Below are positions 55,232 through 64,000 of a DNA stretch of 64,000 bases, piece after piece. The stretch's first letter is position 1. The number at the start of each line of letters is the position of its first letter. Both the position numbers and the translations under genes were made by a program. Origin of the DNA: an uncultured virus (IMG/VR IMGVR_UViG_3300000117_000020) (Duplodnaviria > Heunggongvirae > Uroviricota > Caudoviricetes > Crassvirales). The stretch spans positions 1 through 64,000 of IMG/VR virus record IMGVR_UViG_3300000117_000020. One strand, given 5' to 3'. The notes under the pieces were generated by a model, which did no database searches, was not told the DNA's origin, and saw only the letters and a program-made list of their open reading frames with translations.

Positions 55232-56191
55232 ATGACTAAACCAGGTAGATATATTGGCATGTATAATATAGCTTCTGCTGACACTCGTTCAACAGGGCAA
55301 TATTTAAAATGGGATGGATCTAAACCTGTTTGGGATACTGTTGATGTAGGAGACTCATTATCTTTTAGTGGGTCTACATCTAGTGGAGTTTTAACATATG
55401 GAGGCGCAAGTCAAATAGATGTTGAATCTGTAGCTCTTGCAAGTGGAACTTTTGCAAACGTGGTTGGAGTTCATAATTTAGGAGGAGATATGAGTATAGT
55501 TTCTGGCGGGGTATTATCTCTTTTTGCTAGTCCAGTAAAAATTACTAGTAGTGAATTAGAGATACCTGGTTCTAGTGCTTCAGCAGGTCTTATAAAATTA
55601 TATGAAGATACTGATAATGGTACTAATAAAGTATCTTTTGTTGGTCCAGCATCTTGTAGTGATCAAACAATAACGTTACCTGATGCAAGTGGAGAGGTAG
55701 CGTTAAAAGATGGTAAACAATATCAAGTTTTTCCTTGTAACTTTATAGATGATTTAAATACAAGTCAAGTATTTTTACCTATACACGGTACAACTTTTGA
55801 ACAATCAACAGTTTATCAAGATGATGTAGCTATAGTAGCACCTTGTGACGGTAGAGTAGTATCATTAGCACTTAGTTGTATGTCTATATCAGGAAGTGGA
55901 GATTTTACTGTTAAAATTTATACTAGAGGACCAAATAACTCTGGAACTAGTTTAGCTAATTGGACAGAAGAAGAATCTGAAGTTCTTGCATTTACTGGTA
56001 CTGATGATAGTCATGTTTTTCATTTTGCTTTTAGTAATGCTAAACATTTTGAAAGTACAGAAAAATTTGTAGTAGCAATACAAGCTAGTGCAGACCCTGG
56101 AGCAAATACATATTGGTATGGAACAGTAGTAGTAGAATGGGATTATAGTACCTTATTAGGAACCAGTGCAGAATTTGATGCAGCACCTTAA
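55232..56191 (+). CDS. Tail fibre/spike-like protein
   Basis: GQYLKWDG, LYEDTDNGTN and TITLPDASGEVAL fibre motifs. Confidence 0.65.
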   Translation: MTKPGRYIGMYNIASADTRSTGQYLKWDGSKPVWDTVDVGDSLSFSGSTSSGVLTYGGASQIDVESVALASGTFANVVGVHNLGGDMSIVSGGVLSLFASPVKITSSELEIPGSSASAGLIKLYEDTDNGTNKVSFVGPASCSDQTITLPDASGEVALKDGKQYQVFPCNFIDDLNTSQVFLPIHGTTFEQSTVYQDDVAIVAPCDGRVVSLALSCMSISGSGDFTVKIYTRGPNNSGTSLANWTEEESEVLAFTGTDDSHVFHFAFSNAKHFESTEKFVVAIQASADPGANTYWYGTVVVEWDYSTLLGTSAEFDAAP

Positions 56192-56200
56192 ATAAATAAA

Positions 56201-56593
56201 ATGCCTGATATAAAAGAAGATATAATAAAAAGTTTAAGTGGAACAGATGAGGTATTGTTGTATGACCCATTAGTAATAATAAATGATGGAGAACAGACAG
56301 ATCCTCCAGAGAGTTATTACAATCGTCCAGAGTATTTATCTTTGGACAGACTATTTATTTGTAATACAGATAATACAGATATAACTGTACTGCTGTATTT
56401 AAAAGATAGTAGCGATGTTACAACACATTTGTTACGAGGTACTTTAATTCCTGTTTCTTGTACTTTAGATTTTAACAACGGTATTCCTTTTAAATTTGAT
56501 AGTGATATGAAACTATGTATAAAATTAGGAGATGCTGGCTTTGTAGCAGATGTATCTGGAATGATAACTGGAACAATGAATTATAATAATTAA
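56201..56593 (+). CDS. Hypothetical beta-sandwich virion protein
   Basis: 130 aa; ICNTD...IP...TL pattern. Confidence 0.6.
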   Translation: MPDIKEDIIKSLSGTDEVLLYDPLVIINDGEQTDPPESYYNRPEYLSLDRLFICNTDNTDITVLLYLKDSSDVTTHLLRGTLIPVSCTLDFNNGIPFKFDSDMKLCIKLGDAGFVADVSGMITGTMNYNN

Positions 56594-56598
56594 AAAAA

Positions 56599-56943
56599 AT
56601 GGCAAAAGAATTATCAGAAGATAGTAAATTTCAAATAAGTGTAAAAACTTTAATAGGGATTGTAGTTGGTGTAGCTACTGTAATCTCTGCATACTTTGGT
56701 TTAATGGCTAGCATTAACTCTAAATTTGTTGAACTTGAAATTAAAGTTCAAGAAGCATTAGAAAAGCCTATACCAGGAACAGGAACCTATACAATAGATA
56801 TGGGAGATCCTGCAGCTACAAATACTTGGCCCCCTACAAGAATGGAGTTTAATATGAAAGATCAAATGGCTCGTAATAAAATTGACAGGGTTCAAGAAGA
56901 CTTAGATGAATTAAAAGAAGAATTTAAATCCCTTAAAAAATGA
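56599..56943 (+). CDS. Single-TM coiled-coil membrane protein (i-spanin-like or holin-like)
   Basis: N-terminal TM segment LIGIVVGVATVISAYFGL and a C-terminal coiled coil. Confidence 0.55.
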   Translation: MAKELSEDSKFQISVKTLIGIVVGVATVISAYFGLMASINSKFVELEIKVQEALEKPIPGTGTYTIDMGDPAATNTWPPTRMEFNMKDQMARNKIDRVQEDLDELKEEFKSLKK

Positions 56944-57323
56944 AAAAACTTAAAGTACTTATATCGTTTTTATTTCTAACCTTTTTCTCGTACGCGCAAG
57001 GACAATCTTTTCTTGGTACAAATGATTTTGAAAAAGAAACAAGCAGAGGTATTATAGTTGTAGAGTTTTGGGCAAGTTGGAATAATGTAAATGAAGTTAA
57101 ATGGTTAGACAATTTAAAAGAGTGTGAGGTATATAGAGTTGACATAGGTCAACATATGGATCTACAAACTGAATTTGAAATTACAGCAGTTCCAACAATT
57201 ATCATATTTAACAATGGTAATGTAGAAGAAACTTTTACAGCAAATATAATGTTTCAATTAGAAGCAGATAAAAAGGATGTCCAAAGTAAAGTGGACGAAA
57301 TAATATTAAAACAATTTAATTAA
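56940..57323 (+). CDS. Exported thioredoxin-fold protein lacking CxxC
   Basis: Signal peptide; VVEFWASWN; YRVDI...FEITAVPTIIIFNNG (cis-Pro loop). Confidence 0.75.
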   Translation: MKKLKVLISFLFLTFFSYAQGQSFLGTNDFEKETSRGIIVVEFWASWNNVNEVKWLDNLKECEVYRVDIGQHMDLQTEFEITAVPTIIIFNNGNVEETFTANIMFQLEADKKDVQSKVDEIILKQFN

Positions 57324-57329
57324 AATAAT

Positions 57330-57698
57330 ATGGCAACATTAAATGTAAAACTTAACCTAGATACTAAAGATTTATTTTCTGACGAATTAAACTTTAGTGT
57401 AGCAGATACTTTATCTGTACTAGGTAAGTCAGTAAGAAAAACAGTAGCAACTTCAACTGCTTCTGCGTCAGTTTTAGCAGCAGCAGATTATACAACTGCA
57501 TATGTATTTTTATACAATAAAAGTACTACAGCTGCAGAAATTATAACAATAGAAAAAGCAGACTCAGGTGATGAATATATGTTTTTAGGAGCAGGAGAAT
57601 TTGCATTCTTTCCTTGGACATCTACAGTAGATCTATTTGCAGACGCTGCAGAAGGAACTCCTGTATTAGAAATAATTGTATTTCAAGCTGCAGCTTAA
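57330..57698 (+). CDS. Small structural protein (paralog 1)
   Basis: MATL...SDELN...YVFLYN...LGAGEFAFF...ADA. Confidence 0.7.
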   Translation: MATLNVKLNLDTKDLFSDELNFSVADTLSVLGKSVRKTVATSTASASVLAAADYTTAYVFLYNKSTTAAEIITIEKADSGDEYMFLGAGEFAFFPWTSTVDLFADAAEGTPVLEIIVFQAAA

Positions 57699-57727
57699 TA
57701 AAATAATAATAATAATAATAAAATAAT

Positions 57728-58093
57728 ATGGCAACACTAATTAATAAGTTAACACTTACTAGTAACGATGCAGTATCTGATGCAATAAATATTACATTGT
57801 CAGACATTTTAACAGTTACAGATCCTATAGAAATGGGCAAAAGAAATGTTACTACAGCAGTAGCTGGAGGCGGAGAATTTGTACCAGCGTCTGATTCAAA
57901 TACATATTATGTGTATTTAAAAAATTTAGATGCTACTAATTTTGTTTATGTGCAAGATGCAGCAGCAGCAACTTTTGGAAAATTACATCCAGGAGAATTT
58001 ATGTGGTTTACATTAGCACCATCTGAAGGAATGGAGTTAAGAGCTGATACAGATACTGTAAAAGTACAATATGGTTTATTTAAGAAAGGATAA
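57728..58093 (+). CDS. Small structural protein (paralog 2)
   Basis: MATL...SDAIN...YVYLKN...LHPGEFMWF...ADT. Confidence 0.7.
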   Translation: MATLINKLTLTSNDAVSDAINITLSDILTVTDPIEMGKRNVTTAVAGGGEFVPASDSNTYYVYLKNLDATNFVYVQDAAAATFGKLHPGEFMWFTLAPSEGMELRADTDTVKVQYGLFKKG

Positions 58094-58103
58094 TAATTAA
58101 AGC

Positions 58104-58712
58104 ATGAAATTAACTAGAGAAATTATAGAAAAGGCTGTTAAAGCAAAAAACTTTTCTTGGTTTGAAAAAGGAAACTACAACCTTAACATTGTAGGAATTA
58201 GAAACTCTGATACAGGTACAGAAGTTACAAATAAATTTGATGACAAAATTACCTTAGCATTTAAATGCGATGGTGATTGGGAATTCTATGTTTATAATTG
58301 TACTACAGATCCAGGAAGATATTGGGTAGAAAATATTATGAGAAAAGAAGGAGTGGCTGTCTTAAAAGAAGGTCAATATCCAGGATCTCATAAAATTAGA
58401 TTACACCAAGGTAGGTACGAAGCATTAGGTCAAACAAAACCTGTAACTGTATATAGAGACGCTAATAAAGATAATAAGTATGATCTAGATGATAATAATA
58501 CACAAACAGGATTGTTTGGTATTAATATACATAGAGCTACAAAATGGGGAGGCAAGAAATCTACGCAGGTAGACAAGTGGAGTGCAGGATGTCAAGTAAT
58601 AGCTGCTAATGATGATTGGCATGAGTTTATGGATATATGTAGAATAGCAAGAGACACTTGGGGAAATAGCTTTACTTATACGTTATTAGACAGTAAAGAT
58701 CTAAATATATAA
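58104..58712 (+). CDS. Putative endolysin of YkuD / L,D-transpeptidase-like fold
   Basis: GINIHRA...WSAGCQV (His...SxGC motif); adjacent to the holin. Confidence 0.7.
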   Translation: MKLTREIIEKAVKAKNFSWFEKGNYNLNIVGIRNSDTGTEVTNKFDDKITLAFKCDGDWEFYVYNCTTDPGRYWVENIMRKEGVAVLKEGQYPGSHKIRLHQGRYEALGQTKPVTVYRDANKDNKYDLDDNNTQTGLFGINIHRATKWGGKKSTQVDKWSAGCQVIAANDDWHEFMDICRIARDTWGNSFTYTLLDSKDLNI

Positions 58713-58714
58713 AT

Positions 58715-59089
58715 ATGATTAAAGGACTTTTAAAATCTTTAGTAGGTGACGCTAGTCAAATTATTGATGATGTGGTTACAACTAAAGAAGAAAAAATAGT
58801 ATTGAAAAATGCTATGAAAAAAATGTTACTAGATTCTGAAGCCGAGTTACAAAAAAATGTAACAGATCGTTGGAAGGCAGATATGGCTTCTGATTCTTGG
58901 CTAAGTAAAAATGTAAGACCATTAGTTCTTATATTTTTGATAGTTTGCACAATGTTGCTTATCTTTGTAGACGGAGGATTTTTATCCTTTACTGTAGAGG
59001 AAAAGTGGACGGATTTATTACAGTTAACACTGATCACTGTAATAGGTGCGTATTTTGGAGGAAGATCAGTAGAAAAAGTAAAAAAATAA
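58715..59089 (+). CDS. Holin (GTA_holin_3TM-like)
   Basis: RWKADMASDSWLSKNVRP, TM helices, AYFGGRSVEK. Confidence 0.8.
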   Translation: MIKGLLKSLVGDASQIIDDVVTTKEEKIVLKNAMKKMLLDSEAELQKNVTDRWKADMASDSWLSKNVRPLVLIFLIVCTMLLIFVDGGFLSFTVEEKWTDLLQLTLITVIGAYFGGRSVEKVKK

Positions 59090-59093
59090 TTAT

Positions 59094-59285
59094 ATGTACG
59101 GTAAAAAAACAATGATGAAAAAAGGAGGAAAGAAAAAATTTCCTGACTTAACAGGCGATGGTAAAGTAACTAGAGCTGACATCTTAAAAGGTAGAGGAGT
59201 AATAAAAAAAGACGGAGGTAAATTAGAAGGAAGCGAAAAAAACTTTGCTGATGTAGTTGCAAGAGCTAAAGCAAGTAAAAAATAA
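59094..59285 (+). CDS. Small basic protein with an EF-hand/dockerin-like DxxxDG loop
   Basis: FPDLTGDGKVTRADILKGRG, flanked by KKGG and KDGG. Confidence 0.65.
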   Translation: MYGKKTMMKKGGKKKFPDLTGDGKVTRADILKGRGVIKKDGGKLEGSEKNFADVVARAKASKK

Positions 59286-59309
59286 ATAAAACCAACCAAT
59301 TTATATACA

Positions 59310-60440
59310 ATGACTAAAAATGAAATTAAGGCTTTCCTTTCTGACAAGCCTGGCTACCTTAAAGAGGGAGCTGAACGTTTATCAGAAAAACTAAACTGCA
59401 GTGTAGAAACTTGTAGACATGCTTTAAAAGAAGCAAGAATAGAAGCTAAAGACGGTAGTGTAACTAATGAAAATGAAAGTGTTATCACTGAATTTCAAAC
59501 GTTCCTTGACAAAAATGAAATTGCACCTGACGATGTAAAGTCTGTTAAATTTTGGCAGACGATGTCTGGACAGCAAAGATTCTCTGTAGTAACTAAAGGA
59601 GATGAAAAAAGTAAACATGAGCTTAAAAAAGAAATAGAAGATTTTGCAGCTCAATACAGTCCTAAAGTTACTAAGATTAAAAGACAAGATTTAAAAGATC
59701 CTTGTGTTTATGAGATATCTTTACCAGATATACATTACGGTAAAATGACTGGAGAAACATTAGAAGAGTTAGAAGCTAACTTTATGAACTGCGTACAAGA
59801 TTTAGTACATAAAGGATCAGGCCTAAACATTGAGAAGTTTTTATTACCTATTGGTAATGATGGAATGAACTCAGAAGGCATGAGACAAGCAACTACAAAA
59901 GGCACACCTCAACAAGATGTAGCTGATTGGAAAGATACTTTTCGAGGTTACTGGAGATTAATGGTACGAGCTATAGATCATTTAAAAGAAATAGCACCTG
60001 TACATGTTATAGTAATATCTGGTAATCATGACTTTGAAAGAATGTTCTATGCAGGAGATGTAATATCAGGCTGGTATAAAAATGATAAAAATGTATCAGT
60101 AGATAATGATCTTGAGCAAAGAAAGTACTTTGAATACGGAAAGAATATGATAATGTTTACCCATGGAGATAAAGAGAAACCTGCTGAAATGCCGCTTATA
60201 ATGGCAACTGAGCAACCTTTAATGTTCTCTAGGTGTGAATTTCGTGAAGCCCACTGTGGACATTTACATAAGGAAATGGTAAATGAATATAGAGGTATAA
60301 AGGTAAGATTCTTACCATCTATATGCTCTAATGACAGTTGGCACAAAGGTATGGGTTATGAAGCTAGAAGAACAGCACAAGCTCATATTTGGAGTAAAGA
60401 ACGAGGATATGAAGGATACCTACAAACAAACGTAATATAA
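59310..60440 (+). CDS. Calcineurin-like metallophosphoesterase with an N-terminal HTH-like region
   Basis: PDIHYG, GND, GNHD, THGD and GHLH motifs. Confidence 0.85.
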   Translation: MTKNEIKAFLSDKPGYLKEGAERLSEKLNCSVETCRHALKEARIEAKDGSVTNENESVITEFQTFLDKNEIAPDDVKSVKFWQTMSGQQRFSVVTKGDEKSKHELKKEIEDFAAQYSPKVTKIKRQDLKDPCVYEISLPDIHYGKMTGETLEELEANFMNCVQDLVHKGSGLNIEKFLLPIGNDGMNSEGMRQATTKGTPQQDVADWKDTFRGYWRLMVRAIDHLKEIAPVHVIVISGNHDFERMFYAGDVISGWYKNDKNVSVDNDLEQRKYFEYGKNMIMFTHGDKEKPAEMPLIMATEQPLMFSRCEFREAHCGHLHKEMVNEYRGIKVRFLPSICSNDSWHKGMGYEARRTAQAHIWSKERGYEGYLQTNVI

Positions 60441-60441
60441 A

Positions 60442-61137
60442 ATGACTTTAAATGAAATTGCATATAATATACTAAATTTAGTTAGAGGAGGAAGGCCCAA
60501 TCAAAGTGAGCACATTTCTTTATCTCAAATTAAATTTAATATAAAACATTACAGAGCTATGATGATTCGTAGAGACTTTGCTAGAAATGGTATAGTTACT
60601 CGTCATATAGAACAAGATCTAGGATGCTTAGAATTAGAAGAAGTAAATCCATCTAAATGTTGTGATTTACCTGTATCATGTTCTGTATCTAGGACTATTA
60701 AAAAAATCCCAAGAACTGTGCGATTTAATTTTAAAGAAGGCTTAACCTATGTAGGAGACGTAACGGGGATAGAAACTATCCCTGTTATTGACAATCATAT
60801 GGTAAAGTGGTTACCTCATGATAAGTATACTTCAAATAAACATAAAGGATATATGATTGAAGATCATTTATATATTTATAATGCAAAAGGTTTAAAATTT
60901 GTAAACGTTAGAGGAGCATTTGAAAATCCTGAAGATCTTAAAGACTTTCAGTGTGAGAATGGGGTATGTTGGGATGATAGTAAACCTTTCCCAATTCCTG
61001 CAGATATGATACAAGCTATTACAGCAGGAATGGCAAGTGGAGAACTACAACTATTATTAGGAACAACAAGTGATACTTTAGCAGATCAAGCACAAGATAT
61101 GACAGGAGGTATACCAGGCCCTGCTAAAAAACAATAA
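60442..61137 (+). CDS. crAss-like tail ring protein
   Basis: MTLNEIAY...Q.LGCLELEEV...VRGAFENP...FPIP pattern; synteny before the IHF-like, Ttub and Tstab genes. Confidence 0.6.
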   Translation: MTLNEIAYNILNLVRGGRPNQSEHISLSQIKFNIKHYRAMMIRRDFARNGIVTRHIEQDLGCLELEEVNPSKCCDLPVSCSVSRTIKKIPRTVRFNFKEGLTYVGDVTGIETIPVIDNHMVKWLPHDKYTSNKHKGYMIEDHLYIYNAKGLKFVNVRGAFENPEDLKDFQCENGVCWDDSKPFPIPADMIQAITAGMASGELQLLLGTTSDTLADQAQDMTGGIPGPAKKQ

Positions 61138-61607
61138 TGAATTATACTTTAGAAGATATATATAATTATTATTGTGAAACAGAAGAAGATATAGATAAAA
61201 CTATATTTAAAGCTATATGTTCAGATTTTAATATTTTAACAATAGATAACATATTAGAAGGAGGAACATTTAACATGGGTAATAATTTATCTACCCTCTC
61301 TATAAAAAGAACAAGTAGAGATCCTAGATCGCCTAGAATTGATTGGGGAGAAAGTAATAAATATAAAAAAGAATTATTAGATGATGGGCAGATATTATTT
61401 AATAAAGAAACAGACAAAGGAATAAAATGGCACATATATTATACAGATGGTTTTTATTGTAGGTATTATTGGAACAAAGGAAGATGCCGTATACCAAACA
61501 AATCTGCATATAAATTTACTCCCACAAGAGGATTAAAGGGAAACAAAGAAAAGCTAATTAAATTATTACACACAGATGAATTAGCTTATTTAAAATTTAA
61601 AAAATAA
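61137..61607 (+). CDS. crAss-like IHF-related protein
   Basis: DIY.YY...FN....ILEG..F.M...L..L.I...IDW..S...W...Y.F.P.R. Confidence 0.6.
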   Translation: MNYTLEDIYNYYCETEEDIDKTIFKAICSDFNILTIDNILEGGTFNMGNNLSTLSIKRTSRDPRSPRIDWGESNKYKKELLDDGQILFNKETDKGIKWHIYYTDGFYCRYYWNKGRCRIPNKSAYKFTPTRGLKGNKEKLIKLLHTDELAYLKFKK

Positions 61608-62050
61608 TGGCAAGTAAATATCACATAACAAAAGACGGTCGTAAAGCAAAAAAAGGTTTGTATTATTATATGAACAGAGCAAAAAGATTAGGTAAATCTA
61701 AACCAGGTAAAGGAAGTGTGTCAGATAAAGCATTAAAAGATTCTGCAAAAACTGCAAAAAAAAGATATGGGGGGTGTGCAGATTGTATGAGATCTGGAGG
61801 AGTTAAAAGTCCTGCATGGCAAAGAAAAGAAGGTAAGAGTCCTAGTGGAGGATTAAATGCTAAAGGTAGAGCTTCGTATAGAAGAGCTAATCCAGGAAGT
61901 AAATTAGCTGCTCCTCAACCAGAAGGGGGATCAAGAAAAAGATCTTTTTGTGCAAGAATGAAAGGAATGAAAAGAAAACTTACAAGCAGTAAAACAGCAA
62001 ATGATCCTGATTCAAGAATAAATAAATCACTGAGAAAGTGGAAATGTTAA
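61607..62050 (+). CDS. Basic two-module protein with a DUF6321-like C-terminal domain
   Basis: SPAWQRKEGK.PSGGLNAKGRASY...SFCARM.GMK...SRINKSLRKWKC. Confidence 0.65.
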   Translation: MASKYHITKDGRKAKKGLYYYMNRAKRLGKSKPGKGSVSDKALKDSAKTAKKRYGGCADCMRSGGVKSPAWQRKEGKSPSGGLNAKGRASYRRANPGSKLAAPQPEGGSRKRSFCARMKGMKRKLTSSKTANDPDSRINKSLRKWKC

Positions 62051-62054
62051 AATT

Positions 62055-63029
62055 ATGATTTACAGAAATACATCAAGTAAAAGTATTATTAGAAAAGTAA
62101 TGCGTGATCTAAAACCTAATGATGATAATTGGGTAGATGATGCAATAGAGTGGATAGGAGAGGCATTAGAGCATATAGGTTCTGCTGCCCAACTAGCTAC
62201 AAAAAAGACTGTACTACACATTAAAGATAATAAAGCATTATTACCTAACGATTTATATTATATTAACCAGGTAGCAGTAAACAATTTAGTTAAACCTTCT
62301 ATAGCATCTGAATTAGAAACGTTAACAAACAAAGTAAAAACATTAAAATCAACTGTACAAGAGTATAATAAAACATTAGAAAGTGAAGTAGTTAAATCTG
62401 CAGATGGTACATATACATCTAGTATTACTGCTACAGATTTAGAAACATATGATACTCAGTATAAAAGCAATGTCTTAGAATTAAATGAAATTAACAGCAG
62501 GATTATTGTTTTAGAGGGGATGTTTTTTAACAACAAAATCGATGGATCAAGTGCTAACTTAATACCACTGTGTTATGGAGCTAGCACTTTTCCAGAATCT
62601 ATACACTGTGTAGATTGTGTAAATGAAGTATCAAATGCTAAAGATTCTTATATAATTGATTATGATTATATAAAAACATCTTTTGCTTCAGGACAAATAT
62701 GTTTATCATATACAGCGTTTCCTGTAGATGAAGATTGTTTTCCTTTAGTACCAGATGATATAAGTTATAAAGAAGCTATGTTTTGGTACATATTTAAACA
62801 GTTATTATTAGGAGGGTGGGACAAACCTACTAATAAAATTGATTATAATTATGCAGATCAGAAATGGATGAAATATTGTTCACAGGCTAGAGCAAATGCT
62901 AATTTTCCTGATATAGATAAAATGGATAGTTTTATGAATCAATGGGTAAGACTTGTTCCAGACGTTAATGCACATAGTGTATTTTTTGAAGAGCTAGGTA
63001 CAAGAGAAAATTTAAATAGATCAATGTAA
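62055..63029 (+). CDS. Tail tubular (ring) protein, crAss Ttub-like
   Basis: IEWIGEAL..IG, ALLP.DL, YIKTSF..G.ICLSY...PVDEDCFPLVPD, W..YC.QA. Confidence 0.75.
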   Translation: MIYRNTSSKSIIRKVMRDLKPNDDNWVDDAIEWIGEALEHIGSAAQLATKKTVLHIKDNKALLPNDLYYINQVAVNNLVKPSIASELETLTNKVKTLKSTVQEYNKTLESEVVKSADGTYTSSITATDLETYDTQYKSNVLELNEINSRIIVLEGMFFNNKIDGSSANLIPLCYGASTFPESIHCVDCVNEVSNAKDSYIIDYDYIKTSFASGQICLSYTAFPVDEDCFPLVPDDISYKEAMFWYIFKQLLLGGWDKPTNKIDYNYADQKWMKYCSQARANANFPDIDKMDSFMNQWVRLVPDVNAHSVFFEELGTRENLNRSM

Positions 63030-64000
63030 TGGGTAAGTATATAAAAGGACTTTCTAAAGATACAGGGCATATGGATCAGCCCGAAGGAACATGGAGATAT
63101 GCTAGAAACATACAAATACATCCTGTAGACGGAGTATTGTCAAATGAGCATGGAATGGAGCTTCTTTCTAAAAAAAGTAAACCTGGTTTACCTGACAATA
63201 CAAACATATTACCTGAAGGTTCTATTGTAATAGGATCTATAGAAATTAATGATGATAGAGTTATTTTATTTTTAACATTTAACACAACATTTACTGACCT
63301 TGCATTTGATTTTGAATATAATTCAGAAATAGGAATACTTGAGAATGACTCTTATACTACTTTATTTAGACCTAACAGAGATACTGTTAATACTACTGTT
63401 TCTTTAACAGGAACTGATTTTAATTTAAATTTTAATCAAAACCATTTTATAGAAGGAACGTATAAAATAAATCCAGATGGGGAACTATTTGTTTATTGGG
63501 TAGATAATGTAAATCCGCCTAGAGCAATGAATATTACTAGGCAACAAGAATGGCTTAATAATTCAGGAGGTGTAGGACAACCGTTTGAAAGATTGTATGG
63601 GTTAGATCCAGAATCAACATCAAACCCTTCTCATATTAGAATGTTAGATCTTTTTCCATCATCAGGACCTGTTCCTCATGTAGAGTTTAATAGTATAAAT
63701 CCAGGAGGTAACTTATTAACAGGAGTATATTTTTTAGCTCTTGCATATGTTGATAGAGATCTTGTAGCTACAAACTATGTTACACTAACAAACCCTATAT
63801 CTATTGTTGAAGACATTGAAGGAGTATTACCTATAGAAAGGTATGATGGAGCACCAGCAGCTGTGCCTTCAGGTAAATCAATTACATGGAATGTAAGTAA
63901 CTTAAATACAGATTATGAATATTTAAGACCTGTAGTTATAAGAAAATCTGACGGTAAACGTACAACTTTTAAATTAAATGATCTTCCTATTAAAAATGTA
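63029..64000 (+). CDS. Tail muzzle / stabilisation protein (crAss Tstab-like), 3'-truncated by the window
   Basis: Read by hand (absent from the ORF track): MGKYIKGLSKD...PEGTWRYARN...LSNEHG...LNFNQNHFI...YWVDNVNPPRAMNI, running to the window end. Confidence 0.8.
   Translation, partial: MGKYIKGLSKDTGHMDQPEGTWRYARNIQIHPVDGVLSNEHGMELLSKKSKPGLPDNTNILPEGSIVIGSIEINDDRVILFLTFNTTFTDLAFDFEYNSEIGILENDSYTTLFRPNRDTVNTTVSLTGTDFNLNFNQNHFIEGTYKINPDGELFVYWVDNVNPPRAMNITRQQEWLNNSGGVGQPFERLYGLDPESTSNPSHIRMLDLFPSSGPVPHVEFNSINPGGNLLTGVYFLALAYVDRDLVATNYVTLTNPISIVEDIEGVLPIERYDGAPAAVPSGKSITWNVSNLNTDYEYLRPVVIRKSDGKRTTFKLNDLPIKNV

Noticed and set aside
45156..56191. Diversity-generating retroelement acting on the fibre genes
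   Set aside because: No reverse transcriptase and no TR/VR repeat pair were seen in the window.
3639..63285. Numerous 60-120 aa ORFs antisense to or nested in long genes (e.g. 3639-3890, 10952-11317, 18357-18650, 38362-38625, 58756-59112)
   Set aside because: These are shadow ORFs of real genes, with no motifs and against the operon direction.
1..64000. Stop-codon reassignment (TAG/TGA), common in some crAss-like phages
   Set aside because: All core genes are full length in the standard code, TerL and MCP end in TAG, and no suppressor tRNA was seen.

Overview
The window is an AT-rich, about 64 kb slice of a crAss-like (Crassvirales-type) podophage. TTG/TAnnTTTG promoters, SD-less A-rich leaders, Gln(+1) signal peptides and SprB/T9SS-like motifs point to a Bacteroidota, probably flavobacterial, host. 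It has three blocks. (1) 1-11.4 kb (+): the 3' part of a giant virion RNA polymerase gene (DFDID motif) and a 1686-aa ejection-type protein. (2) 11.5-29.7 kb (-): early and replication genes, including small ORFs, PolA, a DnaA-domain-IV-like protein, SF2 helicase, initiator-like protein, DnaB, AAA ATPase, SSB-like protein, primase, nucleases, rIIA/rIIB and DUF1599. (3) 30.2-64 kb (+): late genes, including GroES, HU/IHF-like, thermonuclease, TerL, portal, scaffold, MCP, ring/decoration/fibre proteins, lysis genes, a phosphoesterase, tail tubular protein and the start of the muzzle. The standard code gives intact ORFs, and I saw no tRNA, CRISPR array, integrase, intron or intein. The most unusual items are a host-envelope-targeted cassette (OM beta-barrel, T9SS-CTD/LDLa/glycosylation-sequon protein, Cys-less exported thioredoxin), candidate structured RNAs around the strand switch, a promoter-uORF-terminator leader ahead of the replication operon, a fixed-spacing late promoter motif, and a recurrent (K/R)xGG motif in small basic proteins. 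All family calls are from motif recognition by eye; no database searches were run.
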